Shown here: one piece after another, positions 1 through 9,203 of the stretch
Layout of the letters: every line of letters begins with the position of its first letter
Numbering within the stretch: position 1 is the stretch's first letter
Assembly: GCA_041640635.1 (NCBI GenBank)
Contig: JBEPZX010000024.1
Span: forward strand, 1-17,180
DNA from: Aquificaceae bacterium
Lineage (GTDB): Bacteria; Aquificota; Aquificia; Aquificales; Aquificaceae
Length of the DNA stretch: 17,180 nt
Direction of reading: 5' to 3'
Program-made: the position numbers and the translations under genes
Notes under the pieces: generated by a model
Told to the model about the DNA's origin: nothing
The model's input: the letters and a program-made list of their open reading frames with translations, nothing else
Database searches by the model: none

Positions 1-1463
1 GTGTAGTAAGGACATGGCTAGATTGGACTTTAGATCTTCCATGGAACAAAAGAACAAAAGATAGGTATGATCTGAAAAAAGCTAGAATGGTATTGGATAG
101 AGATCACTACAATCTGGAGAAGGTAAAGGACAGAATCATTGAGTACCTAGCCGTAAAGAAACTTAGCAAGAACAAGGCATCGGCAGTACAAATCTTGTGT
201 TTTGTAGGTCCACCTGGTGTAGGGAAAACTTCCTTAGGAAAATCTATAGCTGAATCCTTGGGAAGGAATTTTGTGAGAATAGCTCTGGGAGGCATAAGGG
301 ATGAAGCTGAAATAAGAGGGCATAGAAGAACCTACGTAGGTGCAATGCCAGGAAGGATCATACAGGCTATAAAGCAGGCAGGGACAAAGAACCCTCTTAT
401 AGTTTTAGATGAGATTGACAAAATATCCGTATCCTTTCAGGGAGATCCTGCTGCAGCGTTACTAGAAGTTCTTGATCCTGAGCAAAACAAAAGCTTTACA
501 GATTTATACATAGGCTTACCCTTTGATTTATCTCAAGTATTTTTTATATGCACCGCCAATAGAGTCGACACCATACCCAAGCCTTTGCTTGACAGGATGG
601 AAGTTATATACTTAAGTGGATACTCAGAAGAGGAAAAGGTTTACATTGCAAAAAACCATCTACTACCAAAACTCTTACCAATGCATAGCTTCAAAAACGG
701 AGAGGTTTCTTTTTCCGACGAGGCTTTGCTAGAAATTATAAGAGGTTACACTAGAGAATCAGGCGTTAGAAATTTACAAAGGCAAATAGGAAGCGTATTG
801 AGAAAGCTAGCTTTGAAAAAACTCCAAGGCGAGAAACCACCTTTCAATGTGCAAGCTCAGGATGTAAGAACCTTTTTGGGAACGCCTCGTAAATACATAG
901 AAAAGGAAGATAAACCTAGCGTAGGTATAGCTGTTGGTTTGGCATGGACTGAAGTAGGTGGGGAAATTATGCTTATAGAAGCCACCAAATTTAAAGGAAA
1001 GGGGGGATTAATATTGACAGGCTCGCTTGGAGATGTAATGAAAGAATCCGCACAAGCAGCGCTTTCTTACATAAAATCCAAAGCTGAAGAGTACGGCATA
1101 GACCCAGAGACTTTTGCCAATATAGATATACACATACACGTTCCAGAAGGAGCTGTGCCAAAGGATGGACCGTCAGCTGGTATTACTATAGCTACAGCGA
1201 TTCTTTCATTATTGACCAACTCGCCAGTGCGCACAGATATAGCCATGACAGGTGAGGTAACTCTTAGAGGAAGAGTTCTACCCGTAGGAGGATTAAAAGA
1301 AAAAATACTAGCTGCAAAGAGAGCAGGTATATACCAAGTTATTCTCCCAGAGAGAAATAAAGATGAGGTATTAGAAGATTTACCATCTTACGTAAGAGAT
1401 AAAGTAAACCTTCATTTTGTAAAGGATCTTGATGAAGTTTTTAAGCTTGCAGTCATTAAGTAA
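1..1463 (+). CDS. lon: ATP-dependent protease La (Lon), 5'-truncated by the window edge
   Basis: The frame is open from base 3 ([14 protein letters not shown]...), so the real start lies upstream and the ATG at 87 is internal. Walker A GPPGVGKT, Walker [22 protein letters not shown], catalytic Ser in PKDGPSAG, Lys in GGLKEK. Confidence 0.98.
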   Translation, partial: VVRTWLDWTLDLPWNKRTKDRYDLKKARMVLDRDHYNLEKVKDRIIEYLAVKKLSKNKASAVQILCFVGPPGVGKTSLGKSIAESLGRNFVRIALGGIRDEAEIRGHRRTYVGAMPGRIIQAIKQAGTKNPLIVLDEIDKISVSFQGDPAAALLEVLDPEQNKSFTDLYIGLPFDLSQVFFICTANRVDTIPKPLLDRMEVIYLSGYSEEEKVYIAKNHLLPKLLPMHSFKNGEVSFSDEALLEIIRGYTRESGVRNLQRQIGSVLRKLALKKLQGEKPPFNVQAQDVRTFLGTPRKYIEKEDKPSVGIAVGLAWTEVGGEIMLIEATKFKGKGGLILTGSLGDVMKESAQAALSYIKSKAEEYGIDPETFANIDIHIHVPEGAVPKDGPSAGITIATAILSLLTNSPVRTDIAMTGEVTLRGRVLPVGGLKEKILAAKRAGIYQVILPERNKDEVLEDLPSYVRDKVNLHFVKDLDEVFKLAVIK

Positions 1464-1475
1464 TTTTGTTAAAAT
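1447..1475 (+). promoter_or_regulatory. Putative sigma70-type promoter for rpsU overlapping the lon 3' end
   Basis: TTGCAG (1447-1452), 17-nt spacer, TAAAAT (1470-1475) with extended -10 TG at 1467-1468. Followed by SD AGGAGGTG (1483-1490) and a TTG start at 1498. Confidence 0.6.
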
Positions 1476-1497
1476 ACATTAGAGGAGGTGAACGGTA

Positions 1498-1701
1498 TTG
1501 GCAATAGTTGTAGTTAATGAAAACGAGTCCTTCGAGAAAGTGCTCAAAAGGTTCAAAAGAATTGTTGAAAAGGAAGGTATACTAACAGAGGTGAAAAGGA
1601 GACAGTTTTACGAAAAACCTAGTGAAAAGAAGAAAAGGAAAGAAAGAAGTGCAAGGAAGAGAATACTTAAAGCTCTCAAAAAGCAGAAAAATCTTCTATA
1701 G
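1498..1701 (+). CDS. rpsU: 30S ribosomal protein S21
   Basis: 67 aa, very basic; V.ENESFEK.LKRFKR...[18 protein letters not shown] is the bS21 signature. Strong SD 7 nt before the TTG start. Confidence 0.97.
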   Translation: MAIVVVNENESFEKVLKRFKRIVEKEGILTEVKRRQFYEKPSEKKKRKERSARKRILKALKKQKNLL

Positions 1702-2773
1702 GCTCACCAGTCTTATATTTCTTCAGAATTTCCTTTTGTTTTTCTAAAATAAATTTGTTTATATAGTCTTTTTCTTCTTCGGTTAATGTTTCAAATTTTA
1801 AACCTAAGCAGTACCTATTTGTTAGGGCTAATCTATTTCTAACGGTGCAAGCAGCTTCCAAGTGCCTTTTATCTACATCAAAAACTATCACCACTACTTG
1901 ATCTTCAAAAACTTCTGGTATATACTTGGCACAAAATCTTACTCCACCCACACTTATATTTTCTATACGGCCCTCTATAGACTCCAGATCGCCTGTATCT
2001 AACATTAGTAAAGCAGCATTCGTATTTACTTTCTCTTTAAAAAGGTAAACCTTTGCTGGCAGGTTTACCTTCCAACGAATGCTCTCTCTTAGCTGTAATT
2101 TATTAAGCTTTTCCGCGTGATCTAGAACTATAACTGGTCTATAACCATCGTAATAAACCTCTTTTACCTTCCCACTGAAGGAGTATTTCCCTTCATCTTC
2201 TCTAGTAAAAGAGAATTTTACTGTATCACCTGGCTTTATATCTAGCTTTAAAGCATCAAGTAGAGCTATATGTATGCTTAACTCATCCTTTTCCCAAACT
2301 GCCGCATTGTATATTTCCTTTTGATGAGTCAAAAATCCTGTTTGATATAAATCCAACTCTCTAGTAGTTGTCATAGGAAGGAACCACGGAACATAATCAA
2401 AGTGCAACTTTTTACGGATTGTGTTTATCAAATCAATATTTGAAGATTCTTTTTTAACGAGAAGAGAAACGCATTTTTCGAAAACAGGTTTACTTGTTAA
2501 GAGCTTGTTTGGAGAATACGCCATCTCTTTTGTACATGACCAAAGAAGCTCTGTTTCTTCCTTAGTTAAGCCTAGAGAATAGGCATATTCTAAAAAATCC
2601 TTATATGCACTTTTCTGACGTGCACGCTTTGATATATAGTAAGGGAAAATAATTAACATACCTATTGCAAAGGACAAGACAAAAAGTATAGTTAGTATGT
2701 CAAATAAATCAGGAGTTTTAAACATATACTTGGTAGACTCTTTAAACGTTTCAAAACCACCTTGGTAGTTCAT
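1676..2773 (-). CDS. Membrane-anchored PilZ-domain (YcgR/flagellar-brake-like) c-di-GMP receptor
   Basis: N-terminal hydrophobic helix ([25 protein letters not shown]). PilZ motifs RxxxR (QLRESIRW) and [D/N]xSxxG (ENISVGG), preceded by a beta-rich YcgR-N-like region; ends with GLKF..L...EKDYINKFI. Confidence 0.85.
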   Translation of the reverse strand: MNYQGGFETFKESTKYMFKTPDLFDILTILFVLSFAIGMLIIFPYYISKRARQKSAYKDFLEYAYSLGLTKEETELLWSCTKEMAYSPNKLLTSKPVFEKCVSLLVKKESSNIDLINTIRKKLHFDYVPWFLPMTTTRELDLYQTGFLTHQKEIYNAAVWEKDELSIHIALLDALKLDIKPGDTVKFSFTREDEGKYSFSGKVKEVYYDGYRPVIVLDHAEKLNKLQLRESIRWKVNLPAKVYLFKEKVNTNAALLMLDTGDLESIEGRIENISVGGVRFCAKYIPEVFEDQVVVIVFDVDKRHLEAACTVRNRLALTNRYCLGLKFETLTEEEKDYINKFILEKQKEILKKYKTGEPIEDFSAF

Positions 2774-2779
2774 CTGGCT

Positions 2780-3724
2780 TTAATAATTTTCTTGTATATA
2801 TTTCTCCGCTTCTATGGCTGCAATACACCCTTCCCCTACAGCCACTGCAACCTGACCTGTAGCACCACTCCTACAATCCCCAGCTGCAAATACTCCTTCC
2901 ATACTAGTTCTCATTCTCTCATCTGTTACTATATAACCTTTATCGTCAAGTCTCAATGTTTCTTTAAGAAAGTGTGTATTTGGATCTAAGCCAATAAAGA
3001 TAAATACTCCTTCAACCTGAAGCTGAGATGTTTCTCCATTTAGAGTATCTCTAAGCAGTATGCTTTCTACAGTATCTGCACCTTTTATTTCTTCCACTAC
3101 TTTGTTAGGAATGAACTTTATTTTGGGATTTGAGAAAACCCTTTCTTGCAAATGCTTCTGAGCCCTGAGTTTATCTCTTCTGTGTACTAAGTAAACAACA
3201 CTGCCAAAACGTGTTAAAAAAAGACTTTCTTGAGCAGCAGAATCACCACCACCAACTACAGCAATAGGCACGCCATCAAAGAGCGCACCATCGCATGTAG
3301 CACAATAAGAAACCCCTCTGTTTAAAAATTCCTCCTCACCTGGAACACCAAGACGTCTAGGATTAGATCCTACAGTCAGAATGACAGTTTTACTTCTTAC
3401 GACTTCTCCTGTTCTAAGATGCAAAAATATTTCCTTATCTATACGTTCTATCTTTGTAACTTCCCCCCTAGCTATATTCAGACCAAATTTCTCCGCCTGC
3501 TTTTTAAAGAGCAAAGTAAGTTCTTTACCACTTATACCTTCTGGGAAACCAGGGTAGTTTTCTACTAAATCTGTGATAGCTATCTGGCCGCCAAGAGTAC
3601 CTTTTTCAACGAGTAGAGTATTCATCTTAGCCCTTGCACAATATAATCCAGCTGTTAGACCAGCAGGACCTCCGCCTACTATTACAGAGTCATACAGAAT
3701 ATATTCAGATAATTGGTCACTCAT
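2780..3724 (-). CDS. trxB: Thioredoxin-disulfide reductase
   Basis: FAD motif GGGPAG, redox CATC (GVSYCATCDG), NADPH motif GGGDSA, HRRD, GVFAAGD. ATGA overlap with trxA. Confidence 0.97.
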   Translation of the reverse strand: MSDQLSEYILYDSVIVGGGPAGLTAGLYCARAKMNTLLVEKGTLGGQIAITDLVENYPGFPEGISGKELTLLFKKQAEKFGLNIARGEVTKIERIDKEIFLHLRTGEVVRSKTVILTVGSNPRRLGVPGEEEFLNRGVSYCATCDGALFDGVPIAVVGGGDSAAQESLFLTRFGSVVYLVHRRDKLRAQKHLQERVFSNPKIKFIPNKVVEEIKGADTVESILLRDTLNGETSQLQVEGVFIFIGLDPNTHFLKETLRLDDKGYIVTDERMRTSMEGVFAAGDCRSGATGQVAVAVGEGCIAAIEAEKYIQENY

Positions 3725-4044
3725 ATATGGCTCAATACCATTTGCTTTAAGGCTTCTTTAGGTTGTACACCTATCCTTGTGTCTACAATTTCCCCACCTT
3801 TGAATAGCATTATAGTTGGGATGGCTCTTATACCATACTGCATAGCTATATTGGGATTTTCATCGGTGTTGAGTTTTCCAAACTTTACACCATCTATTTC
3901 ATTACTTAATTCCTCTATTATTGGAGCTATTATTCTACAAGGTCCACACCAAGGTGCCCAGAAGTCCACAACTACCGGCTTATCAGAATTTATAACCTCT
4001 GTTTGCCAGTTGCTTTCTGTCAAGGTTATCACTTTTCCTGCCAT
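3721..4044 (-). CDS. trxA: Thioredoxin
   Basis: 107 aa, DFWAPWCGPC active site, cis-Pro motif IPT. SD AAGGAGGT upstream. Confidence 0.98.
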   Translation of the reverse strand: MAGKVITLTESNWQTEVINSDKPVVVDFWAPWCGPCRIIAPIIEELSNEIDGVKFGKLNTDENPNIAMQYGIRAIPTIMLFKGGEIVDTRIGVQPKEALKQMVLSHI

Positions 4045-4328
4045 GAATCTACCTCCTTTATTAGCAATTCATAAAGCTTTATAACACTAGGATCTTTTAT
4101 ATAGTAACATACTATAGAACCATCCCTTTTACATCCCACTATACCTTTGCTTTTAAGTATATTAAGATGCTGTGATATATTTGGTTGAGAAGCTTCAAGC
4201 ATTTCGCTCAGATTTTTCACACACTGTTTACTACTTATCAAAATAGAAACAATCTTCAACCTTGTTGGATGAGCTAAAGCTTTCAAAAGTTCAGAAATTT
4301 CCTCTAATCTCTCGTTTTCCAAAACCAT
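4029..4328 (-). CDS. ArsR/SmtB-family transcriptional regulator
   Basis: LKALAHPTRLKI, CV..L, SQPNISQHL..LK..GIV...RDG...YY winged-HTH pattern; Cys36, Cys66, Cys74. SD AGGAG upstream; overlaps the trxA start by 16 bp. Confidence 0.95.
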   Translation of the reverse strand: MVLENERLEEISELLKALAHPTRLKIVSILISSKQCVKNLSEMLEASQPNISQHLNILKSKGIVGCKRDGSIVCYYIKDPSVIKLYELLIKEVDSWQEK

Positions 4329-4348
4329 ACTCCTTCTCCTAATAAAAT

Positions 4349-4354
4349 ATTATA
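4349..4354 (-). promoter_or_regulatory. Putative -10 element (TATAAT) for the arsR-trxA-trxB unit
   Basis: Perfect TATAAT on the minus strand just upstream of the arsR SD region. No convincing -35. Confidence 0.45.
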
Positions 4355-4364
4355 TTCTAAATTC

Positions 4365-5261
4365 ATGATTTTCATAATAATAATTACGTTAATAGTATTG
4401 GTAGTAATATCTTCTGCAAGAGAAAAAGTTTTCCACATAATGGGTACATATGCCATTATAGAACTTCCAGATAACAAGGAGTATAAGGCATATATGTATC
4501 TAAGAGCTATTGAAGAAAAACTCTCAGATTATATAGAAACATCTGATATTTCAAAAATAAACAAAAATGCAGGCAAAAGTTGGGTAAAGCCTTCACAAGA
4601 GGTATTAGAAGTAATAAAAAAATCAATAGATGTGTCTGAACTTTCAAAGGGAAAGTTTGATATAACGGTAGGCTCACTGAGCATAAGGGCTTGGCGGTTA
4701 AAAGAAATTTCTGAAGAAGAAGCCAAAAGGCTAATAAACTACAAGAATATCCTAATCCAAGATGGAAGAGTTAAACTTGCAAAAGAAAAAATGGCTATAG
4801 ATATAGGAGGAATAGGTAAAGGCTTTGCTATACAAAAAGCTTTTGAGAAGCTGGGTACAACTTGGGGATTCATAGCAATAGCGGGCGATATGAAAATTTG
4901 GGGACACTCAAGGTTAATCGGCATTTATGATCCCGTAGACAAAAGTGTTGTATTTATTGGTCATAATGCTAAGGATCTTTGTATATCATCTTCTGGGAAT
5001 TATTACAAAAAACACATACTTGAGGGTTCAAACAGTGTTATTGGAGTAACGGTAATTCACAAGGACTGCACATATGCAGATGCTCTTTCCACTGCATTAT
5101 TTGCAATGAATGAAAGTGAAAGGCAAGAATTAATAAATAAGTTATCCTTACCTGTATTTATTCTATATGAAAATCAGGTTTACTATTTCAATAATGAATT
5201 TATTGGATTTTTCAAAGATTATCAGATTTCATCTTCTTGGAAACCAAAGAAGCAAGAATAG
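4365..5261 (+). CDS. apbE: FAD:protein FMN transferase (ApbE family)
   Basis: MGT, SDISKINKNAG, SKGKFDITVG, IDIGGIGKGFA, AGDM, SSSGNY, ADALSTA motifs. N-terminal hydrophobic segment without a lipobox Cys. Confidence 0.92.
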   Translation: MIFIIIITLIVLVVISSAREKVFHIMGTYAIIELPDNKEYKAYMYLRAIEEKLSDYIETSDISKINKNAGKSWVKPSQEVLEVIKKSIDVSELSKGKFDITVGSLSIRAWRLKEISEEEAKRLINYKNILIQDGRVKLAKEKMAIDIGGIGKGFAIQKAFEKLGTTWGFIAIAGDMKIWGHSRLIGIYDPVDKSVVFIGHNAKDLCISSSGNYYKKHILEGSNSVIGVTVIHKDCTYADALSTALFAMNESERQELINKLSLPVFILYENQVYYFNNEFIGFFKDYQISSSWKPKKQE

Positions 5262-6138
5262 AAATAGCAATAGCGCTTACTATTAAAACTAAAGACACTC
5301 CTATGGGAATCTTATAAAATTCTGCAATCAACATCTTTAGACCTATGAAACCTAGTATAAAAGAGAGCCCATAGTGTAGATAATGGAAAAAAGGTAATAT
5401 CCCAGCAGCGGCAAAGTAAAGAGATCTTAAACCCAAGATAGCAAAAATATTGGATGTATAGACAACAAAGGGATCTTTGGATATAGCCAAAATAGCAGGA
5501 ACGGAATCTATGGCAAACATAACATCAGAGGCTTCAACAAAAACCAGTGTCAGAAGTAAAGGAGTTGCATACCTCTTAGCTCCTTCCTTTATGATAAACT
5601 TACCATCTGCATAATCCGACTTTAACGGTATTACCCTTTTAAAAGCCTTATAAATTATACTTTCTTCTGGATGAAACTCTTTTTCTTCTGTGGTAAGAAG
5701 TTTAACAGCAGAAACTATGAGAATTAGACCAAAAATATAAGTTACCCAATGGAAGAGATTTATAAGTCCTATTCCCAAGAATATAAAAATGCCACGCATA
5801 ACAATAGCTCCAAGCACTCCCCAAAAGAGAACCTTGTGCTCGTACTCGCGAGGAACTTTGAAGTAAGAAAATATCAAAATAAATACGAATATATTGTCCA
5901 AACTCAGAGCTTTTTCTAAAAGATAGCCAGTTAGATACTCAAGAGTAGCGCCCGGACCTTTTATATAATACACGTATCCAGAAAAAGCCAAACCTAATAC
6001 GATCCAAAAAGCCGAAAGGAGTAAAGACTCTCTTATTGAAATTTTGTGAGGTTTCCTATGGAAAACAAAAAGGTCTAAAAATAAAGCGCTAAGAACAACA
6101 AAACCAAAAATTACCCAAGATATACTAAATTCGCTCAT
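5212..6138 (-). CDS. terC: TerC/Alx-family integral membrane protein (probable Mn2+/metal handling)
   Basis: Multiple TM helices; GYLLEKALSLDNIFVF, KVLFWGVLGAIVMR, DVMFAIDSVPA, YTSNIFAILGLRSLYF. Confidence 0.93.
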   Translation of the reverse strand: MSEFSISWVIFGFVVLSALFLDLFVFHRKPHKISIRESLLLSAFWIVLGLAFSGYVYYIKGPGATLEYLTGYLLEKALSLDNIFVFILIFSYFKVPREYEHKVLFWGVLGAIVMRGIFIFLGIGLINLFHWVTYIFGLILIVSAVKLLTTEEKEFHPEESIIYKAFKRVIPLKSDYADGKFIIKEGAKRYATPLLLTLVFVEASDVMFAIDSVPAILAISKDPFVVYTSNIFAILGLRSLYFAAAGILPFFHYLHYGLSFILGFIGLKMLIAEFYKIPIGVSLVLIVSAIAISILASLVSKKMKSDNL

Positions 6139-7088
6139 GTTTTATATGACAGATCCTGCTTTATAGATTGAATAATATCTACAGGTATTGGATCATAACC
6201 GTAAGCTTGAGCCAGGTAGTAGCTAATCCAATCGCCCAAGTATATTAGATACATTATACGTTCTATGAGTGTTCCACCCTTACCGTTTATCGAAATAAGC
6301 GATATACCTAAATCCTTAAGAACCTTTTCTGTAATATTTACACGTTTTAATACCCTAGGGTGGTCATCACTGTCGTACAAAAGGAAAAAATAACAGAGAT
6401 TTCTAATTGTAGGGTTGTTTAGTCCTACTACCTCATTGTGATGCATTTCTGGCAAAGTAGCATAGTAGCACTGAGTTTTTGAGTTTTCATTTATTTGGGT
6501 TTTCCACCTAAATGCTGCAGCTTCTGTTAAAGGCGTAGCATAAACTATGGGTAAATAGCCAAAGGTGAGTTTAGTATACTTTTCAGCTAAATTCATAATC
6601 TCTTGTAGGTTGTTAGAAAGATTTACCTGTATAGGTCTTGGATCGAAACCAAAAAGAGACATAATTGTAGAAAGCATATATCCCAAGGCATATCTCGGAG
6701 GATAACCCTGTGGTATATGGTAGTAATCTATATTTTTATCTTCTGCTAACTTTTTCAAGGTTCCTCCAGAACTTATACAAACTACAGAAGCATTTACGGA
6801 TATAGCATTTTCAAATATGCTAACTGTTTCTTCAGTATCTCCGCTGTAGCTTGTGCACACAACTAACCAGTCTTTACTTACATAAGAAGGTAATGAGTAG
6901 CCTCTTAATGATATTACAGGAATAGGTGTGTTAGAAACTTCCAAAAGAAGCTTCGCTAGATCCCCTACTATTCCAGATCCCCCCATCCCACTAAAAACTA
7001 CACCCCTATAATTTCTAGTATCAATTCCTTTTACCTGTTTTTTATCAAACTGTTTCGGAAAATCTAAAAGCATACTATATGCATCCAT
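6135..7088 (-). CDS. Bifunctional phosphoglucose/phosphomannose isomerase (archaeal-type SIS-fold PGI/PMI)
   Basis: GMGGSG, SYSGDTEET, SSGG, G..PR, RWKTQINENSK, PEMHHNE motifs. SD GGGAGG upstream. Confidence 0.93.
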   Translation of the reverse strand: MDAYSMLLDFPKQFDKKQVKGIDTRNYRGVVFSGMGGSGIVGDLAKLLLEVSNTPIPVISLRGYSLPSYVSKDWLVVCTSYSGDTEETVSIFENAISVNASVVCISSGGTLKKLAEDKNIDYYHIPQGYPPRYALGYMLSTIMSLFGFDPRPIQVNLSNNLQEIMNLAEKYTKLTFGYLPIVYATPLTEAAAFRWKTQINENSKTQCYYATLPEMHHNEVVGLNNPTIRNLCYFFLLYDSDDHPRVLKRVNITEKVLKDLGISLISINGKGGTLIERIMYLIYLGDWISYYLAQAYGYDPIPVDIIQSIKQDLSYKT

Positions 7089-7100
7089 ATTTACCCTCCC

Positions 7101-7817
7101 TCATATTTCAAAACTTATAGGTTTTCCCTCGACCATAGTTCTAGGCGTGCTATGTCTGAGCAAATTGATGGAAAACTCTAAATTATCGTATAACGTTATC
7201 GAATAGTTGTCCCAAAATACACACGTTCCTGCTAGACAAAAATAACCACCGCTAGTGGGAGCAATTTGTTCTGCTATGAGCAAAGTATACTTTCCCATAT
7301 TTGATTTGGCAGTGTCTTCGGCTCTTACAACTACCTTTATATCAGGCATTATGGGAGTAATAGAAGCGCTACATGCAAGCATAATCTTTTCTACATTTAC
7401 CTCATTTTTCGAGTTTTTGTTGTATCTTCTAATTTTAGAAGTCACAACAAAGTAAGGATCACTGTTGTGATTGCTTACCTCATCTGTAACCTCATCCGAG
7501 TTTAACTCCATTCCAAACTTTCTAGCTAATGTATTGCATGTATCTGCGATATGATCTTCATTTTTGTAGTAACCAAGAAGTATCACTTTTTTACCCTTTT
7601 CCCAGACCCATCTCTCTACATCTTGAACTTCTTTTTCAGTGAAGGGAATCTCTGGATAATTAAAAACTATAGTATCATATTGTTCCAAATCTTCCCATTT
7701 GCCAACCTCATCTATTACTAGACCTCTTTTGCCAGCTTCTTTTTGTAATATAGAGAAGTAGTAATAGTCTGTTATGGTAAATTCTTGATGAGTGATACTC
7801 CATGCAACCTTATTCAT
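7101..7817 (-). CDS. Hypothetical protein, GIFT (GldG/IFT52)/class I GATase-like fold, no signal peptide
   Basis: Start revised from 7859 to the ATG at 7817 (removes the overlap with mltG; TATAAT sits 7 nt upstream); 238 aa. Pattern W..THQE, L..YD.IV...P..PFT..E...V..WV...G..V.LLG, N.LA..FG...N.D.V.D, WDN..I..YDN..F..NLL resembles GIFT domains. Confidence 0.65.
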   Translation of the reverse strand: MNKVAWSITHQEFTITDYYYFSILQKEAGKRGLVIDEVGKWEDLEQYDTIVFNYPEIPFTEKEVQDVERWVWEKGKKVILLGYYKNEDHIADTCNTLARKFGMELNSDEVTDEVSNHNSDPYFVVTSKIRRYNKNSKNEVNVEKIMLACSASITPIMPDIKVVVRAEDTAKSNMGKYTLLIAEQIAPTSGGYFCLAGTCVFWDNYSITLYDNLEFSINLLRHSTPRTMVEGKPISFEI

Positions 7818-7824
7818 ATTGTAA

Positions 7825-7830
7825 ATTATA
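7825..7830 (-). promoter_or_regulatory. Putative -10 element for a leaderless transcript of the GIFT-like gene
   Basis: TATAAT immediately after the mltG stop, 7 nt before ATG 7817, with no SD. Confidence 0.5.
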
Positions 7831-8805
7831 CTACCTTTTGCTTCTGTACAATCTGACATTATTCACATGCTGATTGTAGCTTGAACTAAATACATGTCCT
7901 CCATCTCCCCTAGCTACAAAAAAGAGATAATCTACCTTTGCTGGTTTTAAAGCAGCCTCTAAAGAATCTAAACCAGGATTGCATATAGGTGATGGTGGAA
8001 TACCTTTGTAAACATAGGTATTGTATGGGTCATCTATAAGCAAATCCTTCTTTGTTATTACCCCATTCCATTTGTTTTTAATTTTAAGTGCATAAATTAC
8101 TGTTGGGTCTATATCTAGCTTCATTCCCTTTTTAATTCTGTTATGGATAACGGCAGATACAAGATGTTTTTCCTCTTTTAGTGCAGTTTCCTTTTCTATC
8201 ATGGATGCTATGGTTACCCATGTTTCTAGAGTCATATTATTTTGTTTAACCTCTTCTCTAAGCTTCTGAGTTTTTTTTAGAAAGTTCTTATGCATAGTGT
8301 CTATGACTCTTATAGGATGTGTCTTTTTTGAAAAAAAGTAAGTATCCGGGAAAAGGAAACCTTCCATTGTATGTGTGTTTAGCCCATATCTTTTAGCAGT
8401 TTCTGCAGAAATAGCGTATTTCAAAAAATCTTCTTTAGAAGATATACCGTAATCTTGCAATACATTAGCTATGTCATACAGATCGTAGCCTTCAGGTATG
8501 GTTATTCTGTAAAGTTTTTTTTCACCACGAGATATCTTGAAATAGACGTCCCAAGGGAAGACTGTTCCATCAAATTCATACTCTCCGGCTTCTAACTTTT
8601 TTTTGAAGAGTAGGTGCAAGGTCAGAAAGGATACGGGATTTCTTATTATGCCTTCTTTGTAGAGTTTTGTAGCTATATTAAGGCTAGATAAGCCATAATC
8701 AATCTCTACATCTTTTTTCTTAATAAACGTCGGAGAAAAAGCGTAAATAATAAAAATGAAAAGTACCAATATAAGAAGGAAAAAAATATAAATTCGCCGT
8801 TTCAT
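7831..8805 (-). CDS. mltG: Endolytic murein transglycosylase MltG (YceG)
   Basis: N-terminal TM anchor; AGEY, ITIPEG, EGFLFPDTY, ASMIEKET (catalytic Glu), NR...GM.L..DPTV.Y, PYNTY...G.PP.PICNPG, YLFFVA. Confidence 0.96.
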   Translation of the reverse strand: MKRRIYIFFLLILVLFIFIIYAFSPTFIKKKDVEIDYGLSSLNIATKLYKEGIIRNPVSFLTLHLLFKKKLEAGEYEFDGTVFPWDVYFKISRGEKKLYRITIPEGYDLYDIANVLQDYGISSKEDFLKYAISAETAKRYGLNTHTMEGFLFPDTYFFSKKTHPIRVIDTMHKNFLKKTQKLREEVKQNNMTLETWVTIASMIEKETALKEEKHLVSAVIHNRIKKGMKLDIDPTVIYALKIKNKWNGVITKKDLLIDDPYNTYVYKGIPPSPICNPGLDSLEAALKPAKVDYLFFVARGDGGHVFSSSYNQHVNNVRLYRSKR

Positions 8806-9203
8806 AAGGTTTCAAGATACTCACTAAGTATTATAAAGGCTGAAATGCTATCTTTGTAGTCCTTTTTCTTCCTCCAGCTGTATCCTTCAAGATATCTGTA
8901 AGCCTCTTCAGTTGTAAACCTTTCATCCCAAAAAACTATCTCTACACCTTCCGTTAGGAAAGATTTTAACTTATTCGCAAATTCCCTGACTTCCTTTGCT
9001 CTTTGTCCTTCATTCCCTCTCAGAGTTAGAGGTAGACCAATAACTATTTTGCTTACTCTATATTCCTTTAACAAATCTAAAATTTTAGAATATACACTAC
9101 CATCATTAGGTATACTTTTGATAGGAATAACTAGCTTTAGGTTTTCGTCACCTAAAGCTAGCCCTATCTTTTTGCTACCGTAATCTACACCTAATATTTT
9201 CAA
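8802..9203 (-). CDS. ruvX: YqgF/RuvX RNase H-like nuclease (pre-16S rRNA nuclease)
   Basis: ILGVDYGSKKIGLA, IVIGLP, WDERFTT, D..SA..IL..YL. TTG start overlapping the DUF2892 TGA; ATGA overlap with mltG. Confidence 0.95.
   Translation of the reverse strand: MKILGVDYGSKKIGLALGDENLKLVIPIKSIPNDGSVYSKILDLLKEYRVSKIVIGLPLTLRGNEGQRAKEVREFANKLKSFLTEGVEIVFWDERFTTEEAYRYLEGYSWRKKKDYKDSISAFIILSEYLETL

Noticed and set aside
7818..7859. Longer start (MSDCTEAKG...) for the GIFT-like gene
   Set aside because: Overlaps the mltG 3' end; the ATG at 7817 has a well-placed TATAAT and begins the domain's first strand.
7831..9203. ruvX-mltG adjacency as a novel association
   Set aside because: This neighbourhood is common in many bacteria.
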